From assembly GCA_049999805.1 (NCBI GenBank), contig JBNGIO010006345.1:174093-238092 (forward strand): DNA of 64,000 bases, in the 5' to 3' direction. Below the pieces are notes generated by a model, which saw only the letters and a program-made list of their open reading frames with translations, had not been told where the DNA came from and searched no databases. Every line of letters starts with the position of its first letter. Within the stretch, counting starts at the first letter, position 1. The position numbers and the translations under genes were made by a program. Origin of the DNA: Folioceros fuciformis. Lineage: Eukaryota. This document shows positions 23,601-32,968 of the stretch, piece after piece.

Positions 23601-23616
23601 CGTCATCCTCATCCAT
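14626..23616 (-). CDS. SPG11: Spatacsin (SPG11)-like protein, ~2996 aa, single uninterrupted coding exon
   Basis: Open frame from the first ATG (MDEDDEVP, ccATGG context) to TAG. Plant spatacsin C-terminus AQILAESFLKGLVAAHRGGY..EEGPAPLLWR..EQPRFQEALIVAEAYGLNQP..VPENAGPLLLKRGHGGAYLPIM. The ORF track starts at an upstream GTG (23745). Confidence 0.92.
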   Translation of the reverse strand: MDEDDEVPSLLLQAWSERLSYLADFCAAALSPSQDTLLLLSREGNVVVLPLRTGSEGLIPNAHLPVLRNVKCLAWAQCEGDSRSEQFLFAAGDDGLRIVGWDGCRSQAAEGAQLRADVQVGHAEELPGEDSSSAYDEQGSVPLAGEGGLSKASFREGEGFHAACDEAELEDLAEGLGLRFTRTSSGGIATTTISRPSHSFCRLITLGLKYQVAEEPIVPSPRHVEEHIGSEEYGILDILSSPGHRVVALVFGKQVAEKIHASRVFAGNDPFVVLAAVEPGGLKLSCCERRPEWRTMDPASPWVDFTLSRDILAGLTQEGQIFLWTAGSGKFLSSIDVTKQSVPPQIQGGSSNPSGIARNHEAKELVWSGFSKRHSWMEGAEGLSRTRVGQNRRHQDLDPFTERHESNAVHHFTRLALTPDSRMLAAGDVLGVVFIVSLDEGLSVVLPGASQRLAVSDIPCGTHTMATWGVAGIDIGRCTTTKYHQWLHDPDNAKNAAIDAVSLQNESSKRGDYLNDISAREVRRRRREVVLCSYRSIQDLKEMVLTPYDVVVALSSTGCMEIVCIELDLSNGVMDDINLAHPSASAMLHCRGKKKKRCSSTVLPFSFCGSLYFVTPIGLHVVLPSLALRSGESILTRPHVTGQWWPTGAKFEDLLDHDTCVKQENIPGALQKWQAEVLDRALIYDKLTETEQLCVQNGWNLSLLRLRRLELGLSFIQIDEVEQALETLMHDSVSKPGVLHTLFAAVELMINGLQGDKELARSSRFLAMAASFATSLIQQQGWLGLHQRNRKQNSVKIALPEDQLVSSELSELAGFLELIRGLQDRVDSRVTDSDQGHSKGAVVVTDEVPVSKATTVVGGERKLEILSHSPTGGISSDGVGLSVPALSSAVHQQLGGHASTSGILELDSGMGQCGDEVPLLPDGIREDLRIVAVENSGDMVSRWERDKLDAAGVVKDALQSGRVPLALVQLQALYAKEDVQPETEDLFQELQEIGRGIVYQWMCEGKTESAIAALSALGEDVEVSLHELALGTTRRDLRRIASAELQKHGWLGADERELLDKVHHLEGVYPGSSFWSAYNTRRKYLASIGKVVESNDIDRPQLSVDGEVIECGEVDGVVIGSWNVSGNAQDSPGASVIQDNPFAGYFSAAAIWLYPWDKVTFDRVLLDQPGIIGYSTPWETKVDYHIARHNWSEVSSLLDEIPSAALHLGQLYVSSNLNFESVEVVIPDVQILSISSDWLLTIWMRQMLEDKLLRKGIFFQTRWKGTTEVVALLARGDRLFSHCGETGTADESSSTSSSPRPLKEVDLNESTVKAVQQLMVLHCVENSLPHTLSLHVDQAALNSDKEFASRMLAIADGCHWASWLLLSYMEGCEYDASVENAKFMVASGSSDFKCTRVEDVEHTFRSFDHLCEVAGEKLAYANLVYTPVPLKTYMWSGLSTNSFSLSPSPSRKRVTEFPTLWKHLVACSSDSPVADLSLDAGERATNLAEYLSWRKGLFSCARNDLSILGMMPQWTPKSVRRLVQLSTEPDGEGLLKLEDSVDSLQELEEGPEKWEALIQASIERELNVGHPEDSEPKVVFFLRRGRGVAAFQYLLDSRLKNDHYQKLDPSAVLSALTISERKVVSLAVVLAVREYANVRVVTACICFLELCGVPASMVRIVVLSLRRISEFLEKAYNTEQLSQELLEAGFTSAVSHMLTLVEDYVSEVMNTDNLQLLVGKAGTHRYRKASIAISELLEKAILHDYSRSKVSYPQQEDERTAGSGRSFSEQWATVTAFCHAHQIPLSYAYLRALARDNDWVDFLSEAQIQACPLEKLIPIVAADFNDTRLRSHILIVLKSLPSTLPSAADSFITEETGSQEELFTLVAACEKSGKPSLALLQKARVLKWPLLPVVASCYDDVDPLLCFDVWLGVIAPVEESGLPDVPASCEAHAGEKDECLSDWMKRAMKRQKTISAYATPETQESTERGGDIGQDIQYSAAVDKLPMNELLVDHESLAKKVASFCERQEFFPLLKGFELFSPSSSLLPFIRFLQAFSQMRLAEASAHLSSFSTRLKEELQKSRSSSTWITGAAISAADAMLDACPSPYERHRLLQPLSTVDFGDGGPAAIRFRRLYWKMQLAEPALQDRNQSLAGGTSLEDDELLMALAKEGRWEDARSWARQLDLKDGQPSTGAALHHVTDTQAEAMVTDWKELLWDFPEERAALWGHCHALFTKYCFPPQRAGLFFLKHANDLDSKIPSSELHQLVLFAYQWLSDPQGNFPSDFLGELETRVWMLAVEAESEKSAGVVREMNEVVPSNGTQRISDHFEKSQDVISKANLQARRPPFSTTGNTPEVKGAPEVHSKGKQRRIPGHNMGRRAHLDDKALNASDESRSSKAKVTERDIAGLYLFSGTQLDEAFGGWKAQVDATSAKKAMLDLLEAGHLSAAKQLQQSLSIGQSPIELGLVEAAWNIALADKPLIANLLSTNVVEHLYSGGLVEDVASLSKPDTLEALTAACRQGCGQGFCRRIGAVSHIANVLGLPFSEAFEMESSQLLQLLALRGQDALAEAELLVTTHLMEAPSIAQILAESFLKGLVAAHRGGYLNGSQKEEGPAPLLWRTSDFTKWAKLCPSEPEVGHALMRLVSSEQAIPLACEVELLILTHHFYEASDCLDGMVILVALASERVKIYVAEGAFICLARLLTGIADFRRWRFILDLLIEHGQLNLLLRTYSEAGLESSSGTPGFCLALLSALKHFNPHDLDALEQVYIHFSMKHDLANLKQARARKGLEVWVAQNDLERSEDLLEVMRLFAEAGQLYAAVEAGIKAKKCCAQASLISLQLLMPEHLWLNLSDTNARRLMVEQPRFQEALIVAEAYGLNQPAEWVPVIWNHMLLYPARFDHFLSDFVATLPLPKDTLLELTRFYRAELAARGDQIDFSKWITPADVQLKTSLAKSFRLLLNRVPDIRLRIQLAIMATGFSDVVDTCSRLLDKVPENAGPLLLKRGHGGAYLPIM

Positions 23617-25325
23617 GGAGGTCGTCAGTGCGTACGCACCGGTTGGCACAGACGATGAGCCGGAAAGACGAGGACTACGAGTTGGCTGTAGGCGAGCGAG
23701 GGAAGCCCCCTCCGCAGACGGGGCATACGGAAGTAAACGTGTCACGTGGTTGTGCGTCCAGCCACTTGGCTACCAATGCCGTCTCATCGGCTCATCATCT
23801 CCGCACTGTGCTGCAAAGTTACATGCTTTAGCGGTGCAATAACACGATATCGTCCTTCCTTCACAAGAACCCGTGATCTTCACACCACATTCTTCCTCCT
23901 TCAGCGGCACCAGATAAAAATGCTGCAGTACAAGTCGGTCAGTGCTGATACATTCGTGGTGCGATCTCCATAGGCCGACTGATGCCTTCAAGAGATCTCT
24001 TCTGGCCTCAACAGGGGCCGCATCTGCGGCAAGTGCTGGCGCGATGGCAGCAATACAGGAGGCGGAGGATGCGGCTCAGCGCCGCATAAACGCGGATACG
24101 ACCATGATGCCAGCGAAGGAAGTAGAACGGCTTGGGCTCTGGCGTCGGAAACACAAGCCTGGCGTCACTCTGCACCAGATGACCACGGCTACTCACAGGC
24201 AAGATCATTGCTTGCCGATTGCCTGACTGGCACATGTTCTTAACTGTGCTACTGCTTTTGCTGCTGCAATCATGCAGACTGTTTGTATTACTGAGCTTAA
24301 TGGATTGCAAGGCACCTCCTCCTCCGATTGGATTTGTGTAGCAAAACAATTCGTGATGCTCTGCTGTGTGTGTTGAAAGCTTCACGATGTAGGGGGGAGT
24401 GGTGTGTGTTTGATCTTGTCCTGCTGCGTTAAAAAATTGTGAGGCAGTGAAGTCTTGACGATGCTGCACAATCAACGAACAAGGCTTGAGCCAGCTTCCT
24501 TTGGATTTAGGTGACTCATGTATGATCCTGTGGCCTGTGATGCGCGCTGCTTTGCAGCTTTGTTGTGTTAGCTCTGCATGAGGAGGAAGTGTGGTGTGCT
24601 ATCTGTGCGCGATAAATAATCTCACGCCTCTGATGCGTTGCTGCTATACCCCTACTCTTGGTTGGTGTAAGGCAGAGAATTGAAGGTGCTCTACCCGCTT
24701 CTGGCTATGGTGGTCCTAGCCTTCGGGCTCGCAGGTATGACGGCGTATGGGGAGCTGGTGGTGGATCCTACGGTGCAGGTGGACAAGCGCAGAACAATCA
24801 ATTAACAGGTGAAATTGAAATGGCGCAGGAAGTGGTGGCCATGTCGCACGCCAAAGCCGACAGCCCCCTTCAACGTTTGGCCAAGCCAAACCCCTTGGCC
24901 CACAGTCAGCAGGAGCCACTGGTGCTCCCCGGCGAGGACAAGGCTGCTCTTGGGCAGCCCGGCAGCACACATAAGTATGGCCAGCCAATTGGTGGTGGCT
25001 TTTGAAAGAACTGCCATGATCTTACCATGTAGTCATGCACATGGGCAGCTCACAGGGGAGTCTCTTTCCCGCATGTTTAACTGCGCCGCGCAACCGGCCA
25101 TGGTGGGAATGCCCTTTCGCTTGCAACGTGAGATAGAGAAGCCTATCAACCTGGTGGGGTGGTTGATGGGAGGCTTCACGAGCGTGTACAGTAGCCAAAG
25201 ATGCATTGAGAGCGAGGCAAATCCTAAACCAGATTCCTAAACCACCCAGTTTAGGATAAAGTCATCACCAGGAGGCATGCATTGGTAATGTGCGAGATAA
25301 TTGAGTTTATATAGTTTTATTGAGT

Positions 25326-28001
25326 TTATTGAGTTTTCCTTTTGATCCTTTCCAAGGCTTCCAACCTTTCTACAAGAGGTGGATGGGAATAATGATACGC
25401 TGAGTACCAAGGATCGGTGTTCATGGCAGACAAATTCTCCTCCTGCGAGACAAACACAGATAATAAATAACCGGATGCGTTCACGTGCATCACTAGCGAA
25501 GAGGAGTGGGAACGGGTTGGAAACTGTGCACAAGTACCTGCAGCTTGATGAGGCCTCCACACAGAGGGGTGGCATATCCGAGACTCGATGCGAATGCATC
25601 CGCCTAAGACAGACGATTCATCCGTCAGATATGCACGAGAAACACTGGTGCCCACGTAAAAGAACTGCCGCACGGTTGGTACCTGGAACTCAAACGCTCG
25701 GCTCACAAGATTAAGCGCAAAGCTCACTAGATGGTGAATGGGCATGATGGTATGCTGAAAACATTCAGAGAAACATGAATCGGAGACTCGTGGTGCCCCC
25801 GGCGGCTGGTTGGACAGAGAGAGATGTGCCAAGGATATATCAAGGAACCAGGACAATACAATAATAATACTCAAGACCGATTCACCTGAAAAAGTATCAA
25901 TCCAATCAAGACTGGCTGTGACGTGAACCCAAAACTTCGAAATAAGTCTGTTGAGCTCCGTACCAATGTATAGCCACCAAACTGGAGCAGTGTTAACACC
26001 TGCCAGAAGGAGTGATGGTGAGAGAAAGGAGCATTTGAGGCCCTCGATTGGGTTCAAGCAGGCCAGGGTATCAGATTGATTATGATTACTTATACCTGCA
26101 TTGCAAGAAAGGAGTACATCGTATGATTCAGTTTCCAATGACCCAACTCGTGTGCAATCACTGCCACCACCTCTTCCTCATTTTTACACTGCACAGAGGA
26201 ACCAGCGACCTCAGCATAGACCAGGCACAACAAGGTAGAAGACACCAACAATTAAGCCTGGGCTACTCTTTTGCTACGTGCACAGGGACTCAGCTTTACT
26301 TTGACTAGTACCACCTGTGAAATAAGGGTATCATAGAGAACAATTCGTTTGCTGTTGAAGAATCCATACATATACGCCTGCAGGCATTTGAGACATCAAG
26401 AGCACTGGATGGGTCACGCAGGGGACAAACACGCGCAAAGAAATGACAGAATTTCAGGTTAAGAACCAGTCTACTCACATTGCTATGGCTGGATCTTGTT
26501 GACCCATCTATGACAAAGAGTTTCTTCAGAGGAAATTTCAGGGACGCTGCTAGCTTTTCAATCTTTGTGCGCAAATCTCCGGTTGGTAGCTGTGAAAGAG
26601 CAAAAGTCAACATACTGCACTACTTCACATAGGCAAAAGCTCACGAAGACAGAGACAGGCTTACTCACAGGAGTGAATTTGTTGAACAGAGGAGCAATAA
26701 GGACAGGATAAATTGTCATCAGAACCAATGATAGGACCAACATAAAACCCCAGAGATAGATTGCCAGGAACGGTCCGCCAACCTGCAAGAAGGGACATAA
26801 AATCATCCACCACTCCCATTTGAATGTCAAGACATGGTTCCATACAAGTGATCCTTTCATTGCGTTGAGGAATATACCTGGACAAGGCTGATAATTGCTG
26901 CCACAATAGGGGGGCCAAATAGAACCATCAAACCCAACCCCACAAGCATATCTTTAATGAACAACCAGATTGTTTGCTGTCACACGTCAACCGGCAGAGA
27001 ATAAGCTCCTGCACTCTGGCACTATATCGTCCTTCCAGTTATCATATTCAATGAATCACATGGAAACGCTGAGTAGAAGTCACCTTGTTAAAGCCATGTC
27101 TTGCCTCTATTACAAAGGTGGAGTAAAGAGAGAAGGGTAGCTCCACTATCTGCATGAAGGACCAACATCAAGGGACCACAGCCAACACTCTGTAGAATAG
27201 AAATGACTGATGACACCTTGATTTGAAAGAAACGACAAAGCAGGAACTGTCAGAGCTGACGACCTGCGTCCAGACACTCGTGGCTGCAAGAAACACCAAC
27301 GTGTGCACAATCTCATTTCTTGACGAAAAGCCCAGACTTTCAGTCAGAACCTCAGTGACCTGAAACAGAGCAAACACCGAGTGGCAAAGTGAGTAAGACA
27401 CTCTCAGCCACAGAATTGCGTCAGGATGTCTTGCAGGCCAGGATTGAGGGATCACCGTCCACAACCATGGAAGCACTCCCAACAGCAGGATGGCTGATTC
27501 TTCAACAATGTTAACAGCAGCGTGTACAAAATGGAAGCGGCTGCAGTGATCATCCAACACAATTTCAATGTCACAGCAACGCAACTACACCCCCCCTCCC
27601 TAAAAAAAAAAACCTAATTCAAAGCTCCCGCTTCTGCGTGCACCATACCTCTTGTCCAAGCTGTAAGCTCTTGCCTTCTCAAACTTCTCCTGGCTCACAA
27701 CACCCTTCAACGGGGCTGGCAGGGTGGGCAGCTTAAGTGCCTTGTGCTGCCGTAGATCCAAGTACGTCTCGAACACATACATGAAGATCATAAACCCTTC
27801 AATAATAATGTTACACCGTCAGTTCCCGACCATCCTACTCTCAGGAACGACGACAGCAGCAACAGGTACCAATAGGACTCCAGGAATACATGAGGAATTG
27901 GATCAGGGACAGCGAAACGCGAGTCCGGATTGCGTACCTACAACAGCCTCCAGATACGGGAACACCCCCGTATCTGTCTTGTGCAGCACAAACACCACCA
28001 T
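25326..28001 (-). CDS. FACE1: CAAX prenyl protease 1 (STE24/FACE1, peptidase M48), multi-exon
   Basis: MVVFVL..FPYLEAVVG|FMIFMYVFETYLDLRQH, EKFEKARAYSLDK, FPLKKLFVIDGSTRSSHSN, VIAHELGHW at ~26130-26160 (HExxH), NLVSRAFEFQ, EENLSAMNTDPWYSAYHYSHPPLVERL. Confidence 0.95.
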
Positions 28002-28389
28002 GGCGGCGTAGTGGGAAGGTGCAGCATGCAAGATGGAAGGAAGTAAAGCAACGCGAGGCGCAAAGTGTATTCTGAATCACGACGGAGAGTAAGGCTGGAT
28101 CTGAGCGGTGGCTATGGCGAGCATTGCCCTACATACATAGGGAAACGCCAAGGAAGTAAGGAGCGCTGGCTGGCTTCATTTTTGCCTTCACATGGTGACC
28201 GGTGTAAGGAACTAGGGCGCGTCACGCCCGCGGCAGCAGCGTCCTTGGACCTGGTGGAATTTGTATGTAGTGGAATAATGTCGGGCCCGAGATGTTTGCA
28301 GCGGGCCAGTCCCATGGGAAGAAGCGGCTGGGACCGGCGCGGCGCCAGCTCCAGGCTGCTGTGACTGCAGCGCCGGTACGGTGCGGGAG

Positions 28390-29070
28390 ATGGCGGGTTC
28401 CAGGAAGCCGTCGGCTCTTCTGCTGGTTCTGCTGAGCTGTACTATTGCGGTGGCTTGCGGAGCGCCTTTGGATGCTGGAGGCGGCGAGAAGGGCCGGGGT
28501 GAGAAGGACGTGGTGTACAAGGAAAAGCATGGGAACAGCACGTACCACTGCGCACCCGCGGGGTCGTGCCTTCCCTGCACCTCTTCCGAAAGGAATGACG
28601 ACAACTACGCTTGCACCAGGACAGGTTACCACCAGTCGTGGAAATGCACCGAGATCCTGTCCTCTGAGGTGCGGATGAGGAGCGAGGGAGCCAAGGAACG
28701 GGGCCGGAGCGGGTCGGCCAAGAACGTGGGTGACGATCAGGTCGCGAAGGGGGAAGCAGGACGCAGGAAGCTGCTGATGCACGAAGAGGTGCCAAGCATC
28801 CGGACAGGAGACCAGCTTGAGCACAGATCAGCACGGGAGCGGCACGGGGAGAGCTTGTCTGCCGACCCTGCCAAGCCTGCTGCTGGGTACTATGTCTTCA
28901 AGAGCTGCATACCACCCGCTGGCGACGAGGAGAGGCTGAGCGTGCTCGGATTCGAGATGATGATGCTCGCTTTGCTTGCTGTCTGTGGCCCTTTCGTGCA
29001 CTACAGAAAGAAGAAACAGTTCTCTGCTGCCGCCAGATCGTCTGCTGTGCTTTCGAATTCACGCTTCTGA
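28390..29070 (+). CDS. Single-exon type I membrane protein with Cys-rich ectodomain (JTB-like)
   Basis: Signal peptide, C..GSCLPC..YACTRTGY..WKC, FKSC, then LGFEMMMLALLAVCGPFVHYRKK (TM followed by basic residues). The JTB assignment is from the motif pattern only. Confidence 0.75.
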   Translation: MAGSRKPSALLLVLLSCTIAVACGAPLDAGGGEKGRGEKDVVYKEKHGNSTYHCAPAGSCLPCTSSERNDDNYACTRTGYHQSWKCTEILSSEVRMRSEGAKERGRSGSAKNVGDDQVAKGEAGRRKLLMHEEVPSIRTGDQLEHRSARERHGESLSADPAKPAAGYYVFKSCIPPAGDEERLSVLGFEMMMLALLAVCGPFVHYRKKKQFSAAARSSAVLSNSRF

Positions 29071-29995
29071 TTTGAATATTAGCAAGCTGATAGATCTGGA
29101 CGAAGTTGAGACCAAGCATAGCACGGAATGGCATGATTCCGGTTTCAGAGTTGTGCATGGAGCAGTCCTTTGCGGCCGTCTGTCACCCGACTCTTGCTTC
29201 CCCGTGACACTTTTTAAGCTTGCAGTGGAGATCAGTAGGGGCATTGCTGGCCAACAGCTGCCGTCGGACATTGTTTACTTTCTTAGCCTTTGCTGCAAGG
29301 AGAAATTTGTTGTACCGACATGCCGATGGAATTAGGACGACGGATACCTTGCAAATCCTAGTGCACACTCTCCAGTCTTCTGATTGTGTCCCGGACGTGC
29401 AAACTGAGTTGGCTCAGGGTCGTACATTTTGCTATTTGCAACTGTAACATATTCACACAACATGTGCCATAGGTTCATCCAAATGGTGCACTTCCTTTGT
29501 ATAGTGGCGATACCTGCAGCTATGGCGTGCTAGACAACAAGAAAACCGACCTAAACACGAAATCAAATTTCGGTCGCATGGAATTCGAAGGGAAAACAAA
29601 AAAGAAAGAGCAGGGAAAGAGTAGCAGGATGGGACATTATCAGGATGTAGCAGGTTGACAACTACACTTCCTCTACTTGTTGCTTGCAGTCGGTGGAAAG
29701 TGACTTTGTACACAAGAAAGAGGACAAAGGCTGCCTACCAACATCGAAACCCTGGAGATATGTTGATGGCCGAATTTTAGTGACGAGAGACACCAGGAGG
29801 CGAGACCAAGAAAAAAAAGAAGCACAACGCAACACAAATTGTGGAAAACAAGAGCAATAAATTGAGCAGACATCTGGGGCAAACTCCCTGCTGCTGGCTC
29901 AGACTGATACTCAAATTTCGTTCTCAGGCCAAGTCCGGGTACCTTCCTCCCCTTCCCCCTTCCCTTTCCTAGTGTACAACGCGTCCTTGACTGCT

Positions 29996-30502
29996 TCACT
30001 TGGGCACGGTGATGCTCTCCCCGGCCACGATGCTGTCGCCAGTGATGGCGTTCACAGATCTCAGAGCATCCACAGTCGTGTTGAACTTAGCAGCCAGGCT
30101 CCACAGAGTGTCGCCCTTGCTGACCTCGTAAATCTTGGTGGCCTTGAACTTGTAGATCTTGGACGGCGATTTCTTCAGAGAAGAAGACGGGACCGCAGTC
30201 GGCGCGTCATCTCCCAGGCTCCCCTCAGGCACCTTCCCCACATCCAGCGGCGCGTCACCCGAGTCCGACAGCCCGGACTCCAACCCTAGGCTCTCCTCCT
30301 GGATCTTCTTGGGCTTGAAGCTCCTGTAGAGACTCCAGGCAATGCCGGAGGCCACAACCGCGCCGGCGGCGAGCGCAATGGTCTCATCCTTCTTCTTACC
30401 GGGCTTGTCTGGCTTGTCGGGCTTGCCAGCCGCATGCTTGACGGGAGGAGCGACCGTTGGCCCCTTCTTCACACCTCCGTTGGCTCCCGCGGGCGCCGAC
30501 AT
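29996..30502 (-). CDS. Small LysM-domain protein with one N-proximal TM helix
   Basis: TM IALAAGAVVASGIAWSLY; C-terminal LysM YEVSKGDTLWSLAAKFNTTVDALRSVNAITGDSIVAGESITVP. Confidence 0.9.
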   Translation of the reverse strand: MSAPAGANGGVKKGPTVAPPVKHAAGKPDKPDKPGKKKDETIALAAGAVVASGIAWSLYRSFKPKKIQEESLGLESGLSDSGDAPLDVGKVPEGSLGDDAPTAVPSSSLKKSPSKIYKFKATKIYEVSKGDTLWSLAAKFNTTVDALRSVNAITGDSIVAGESITVPK

Positions 30503-30706
30503 CGCGATCTCGCCTGTCTCGCAGCCTCAGCTTCCACACTAGCCCCGACCAGTGCAAGCGCCGCAACAGCTAAGTCTACATGGGTGACGCGAATCGGGCC
30601 AGGCCAATGCCATGCTCTATGGGGCCGACGTGTATGTATCTGTGCCCCTCCACATACACTCCACTCCGGGTAACACGTACCTATCTACTACATCCTCAGC
30701 TATCGG

Positions 30707-30709
<3 letters not shown>

Positions 30710-30753
<44 letters not shown>
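30710..30753. repeat. (AT)n microsatellite
   Basis: ~22 AT units. Confidence 0.95.
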
Positions 30754-30756
<3 letters not shown>

Positions 30757-31074
30757 ATAATACTGACTGATAAGTAAGATGTATAACATTAGATATAATA
30801 GAGTAGTTAAGCTATCATTTTATCAAACTGGAACTCTAAGCATTTGCTACACACCTGCTGCACCTCCGCTTGTATTCATTTTTTTTCATTTCATTTTGCA
30901 TTTAAATTTTTATAGATTAGATAATCACATGTATAGGCATATGGATTGCATGTGTGTGAGTGAATGCAAGCAAATTTTTAGTTTAGACTCAAGATAAAAA
31001 CATCATCAATATATTTGATTTGGATCCTTATGATTTAGGGTTTGGTTATTGATTGAACATGTTCCTTGTTTGGT

Positions 31075-31242
31075 TTGGTTTGAATCCTTTTTGGTCAGGA
31101 TTACATTGGTGAGTTGAGTAAATGCGCAGTTTGATTGAACATTATGGATTACAACATTTTGGTTTGAATCCTTTTTGGTCAGGATTACATTGGTGAGTTG
31201 AGTGAATGCCCAATTTGATTGAACCTTATGGATTACAACATT
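31075..31242. repeat. ~84-bp tandem duplication
   Basis: ttggtttgaatcctttttggtcaggattacattggtgagttgagt..tttgattgaac..ttatggattacaacatt occurs twice. Confidence 0.88.
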
Positions 31243-31401
31243 GACTGTGACTACATGTGTGCACATATGTTGCTGAATATGCAGCCACAATACTTGCAGC
31301 AAGGTGTGGAGATGGTGCACATAGTATTTCTATCCATCGTGTTTGTGATTGAACAAAATGATGTAACGCACAAGGACTTCAAGAGTATACTCTCCAACAA
31401 A

Positions 31402-31787
31402 GTGTTAGATCTTCAAGAGTATACTATGGGACAGAGTGTTCAAATAGGAATTGTGCCTATTAGATCTTCAAGAGTATACTATAGGACAAAGTGTTTAAAT
31501 AGGATTGTGCCTGTTAGATCTTCAAGAGTGTACTATGGGAGAGAGTGTTCAAATAGGATTGTGCCTCTTAGATCTTCAAGAGTGTACTATGGGACTGAGT
31601 GTTCAAATAGGATTGTGCTTGTTAGATCTTCAAGAGTGTACTATGGGACAAAGTGTTAGATCTTCAAGAGTATACTATGGGACAAAGTCTTCAAGAGTAT
31701 ACTTTGGGACGAAGTGTTCAAATAGGATTGTGCCTGTTAGATCTTCAAGAGTATACTATAAGACAGAGTATTCAAATAGGATTGTGT
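31402..31787. repeat. 54-bp minisatellite (~7 copies, some truncated)
   Basis: Unit tagatcttcaagagt(a/g)tactatgggacagagtgttcaaataggattgtgcctgt. Confidence 0.92.
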
Positions 31788-32193
31788 CCGGATCACTATG
31801 GGACTATTGTGACTCCTAAGCAATGCTACGATATATGGTATGAAGATGCAAATGATATAATACTTGTACTCACAGAGCTTGCTATGGAATAAAAAGAGTT
31901 GCTGACAAAAGGTATTCCCAGTCTTCACCCAATCAAACTTGCCCAAACAGTCTAACAGAAAACCTAATAATATTGTTTGTGTGTGCAACGCCGGAGTGAT
32001 CTAGGCTGCTGTGTTGCTTCACCTACTCCACCACCTGCTTCCAAACAGACCTTGCCACTGGCTCCTCGCTGCCGCGAGATCTTCGAACCGGACAGGGTAC
32101 GCTCCAGAGGCTGGTGTCGTGCTCACGAGCTTCCGCCATAATTATCCTAAGATTTACGTTATTGCCGTCACAACTATAGAAGCCCTTATCAAA

Positions 32194-32202
32194 TTAGGGT
32201 TT
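32194..32202. promoter_or_regulatory. Telo-box (TTAGGGTTT) ~100 bp upstream of the RPL32 ATG
   Basis: Exact AAACCCTAA on the minus strand; telo-boxes are a known feature near plant ribosomal protein gene starts. Confidence 0.55.
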
Positions 32203-32298
32203 GCAAGGTGCGGTTTCTTTCGCCGTAGATCTGCCTTGAAGCGGAGACGTGTGTACCCTCCTAGTCTCGGTGCGGGGCGCTGCAGCGCTGCTGGAGCC

Positions 32299-32968
32299 AT
32301 GGTGACGCCGCTTGTGAAACGTGTGGTGGTGAAGAAGCGCGTCAAGAAGTTCAAGCGCATGCAGTCGGACCGCAAGATCTCTGTTAAGGTCAGTGGCTTG
32401 GATGAAATCCGCGGTGACAGGGTTCGGACTGAATTGAGTTGTTTTTGTGGTGTTGGTTCTTGTGTAATGCCGCAAACATCTCAGGCTGAAAATGATGTAC
32501 CGGTACTGTGTTCTGGTCGTCTCAGGAGAACTGGAGACGTCCCAAGGGTATCGATTCTCGGGTAAGGAGAAAGTTCAAGGGCACAACTTTGATGCCTAAC
32601 ATTGGTTACGGCTCCAACAAGAAGACTCGGCATGTGCTTCCCAGTGGTTTCGTCAAATTCCTTGTCCACAACGTGAAGGAGTTGGATCTCCTGTTGATGC
32701 ACAACAGGTGTGCTACGCGTAATCACGTATTTGTATTTTCGCTGCTTGCTGAGTGCCTTGTCCTAGACGGCAGAACATTGTCATTGACTCGAGGTTTGGT
32801 CGCTTTGTGGAGGGCTGACCAGTGTATGCGATGTGCAGGAAGTACAGTGCGGAAATTGCCCACAACGTCTCGACTGCCAAGAGGAAGGCCATTGTCGAAA
32901 GGGCCCAGCAGTTGAATGTTGCTGTGACCAATGCCTCTGCTCGTCTTCGCAGCCAAGAGGATGAATAG
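32299..32968 (+). CDS. RPL32: 60S ribosomal protein L32 (eL32), 3 coding exons
   Basis: Exons 32299-32388 ([30 protein letters not shown]), 32526-32707 ([19 protein letters not shown]..), 32839-32968 ([35 protein letters not shown]). Confidence 0.97.

Noticed and set aside
23617-23745. 43-aa N-terminal extension of spatacsin in the ORF track
   Set aside because: It starts at GTG; the first ATG at 23616 has good context.
31402-31787. 54-bp repeats as CRISPR or a repeat-protein gene
   Set aside because: No spacers; the ORFs are by-products of a unit length divisible by 3.
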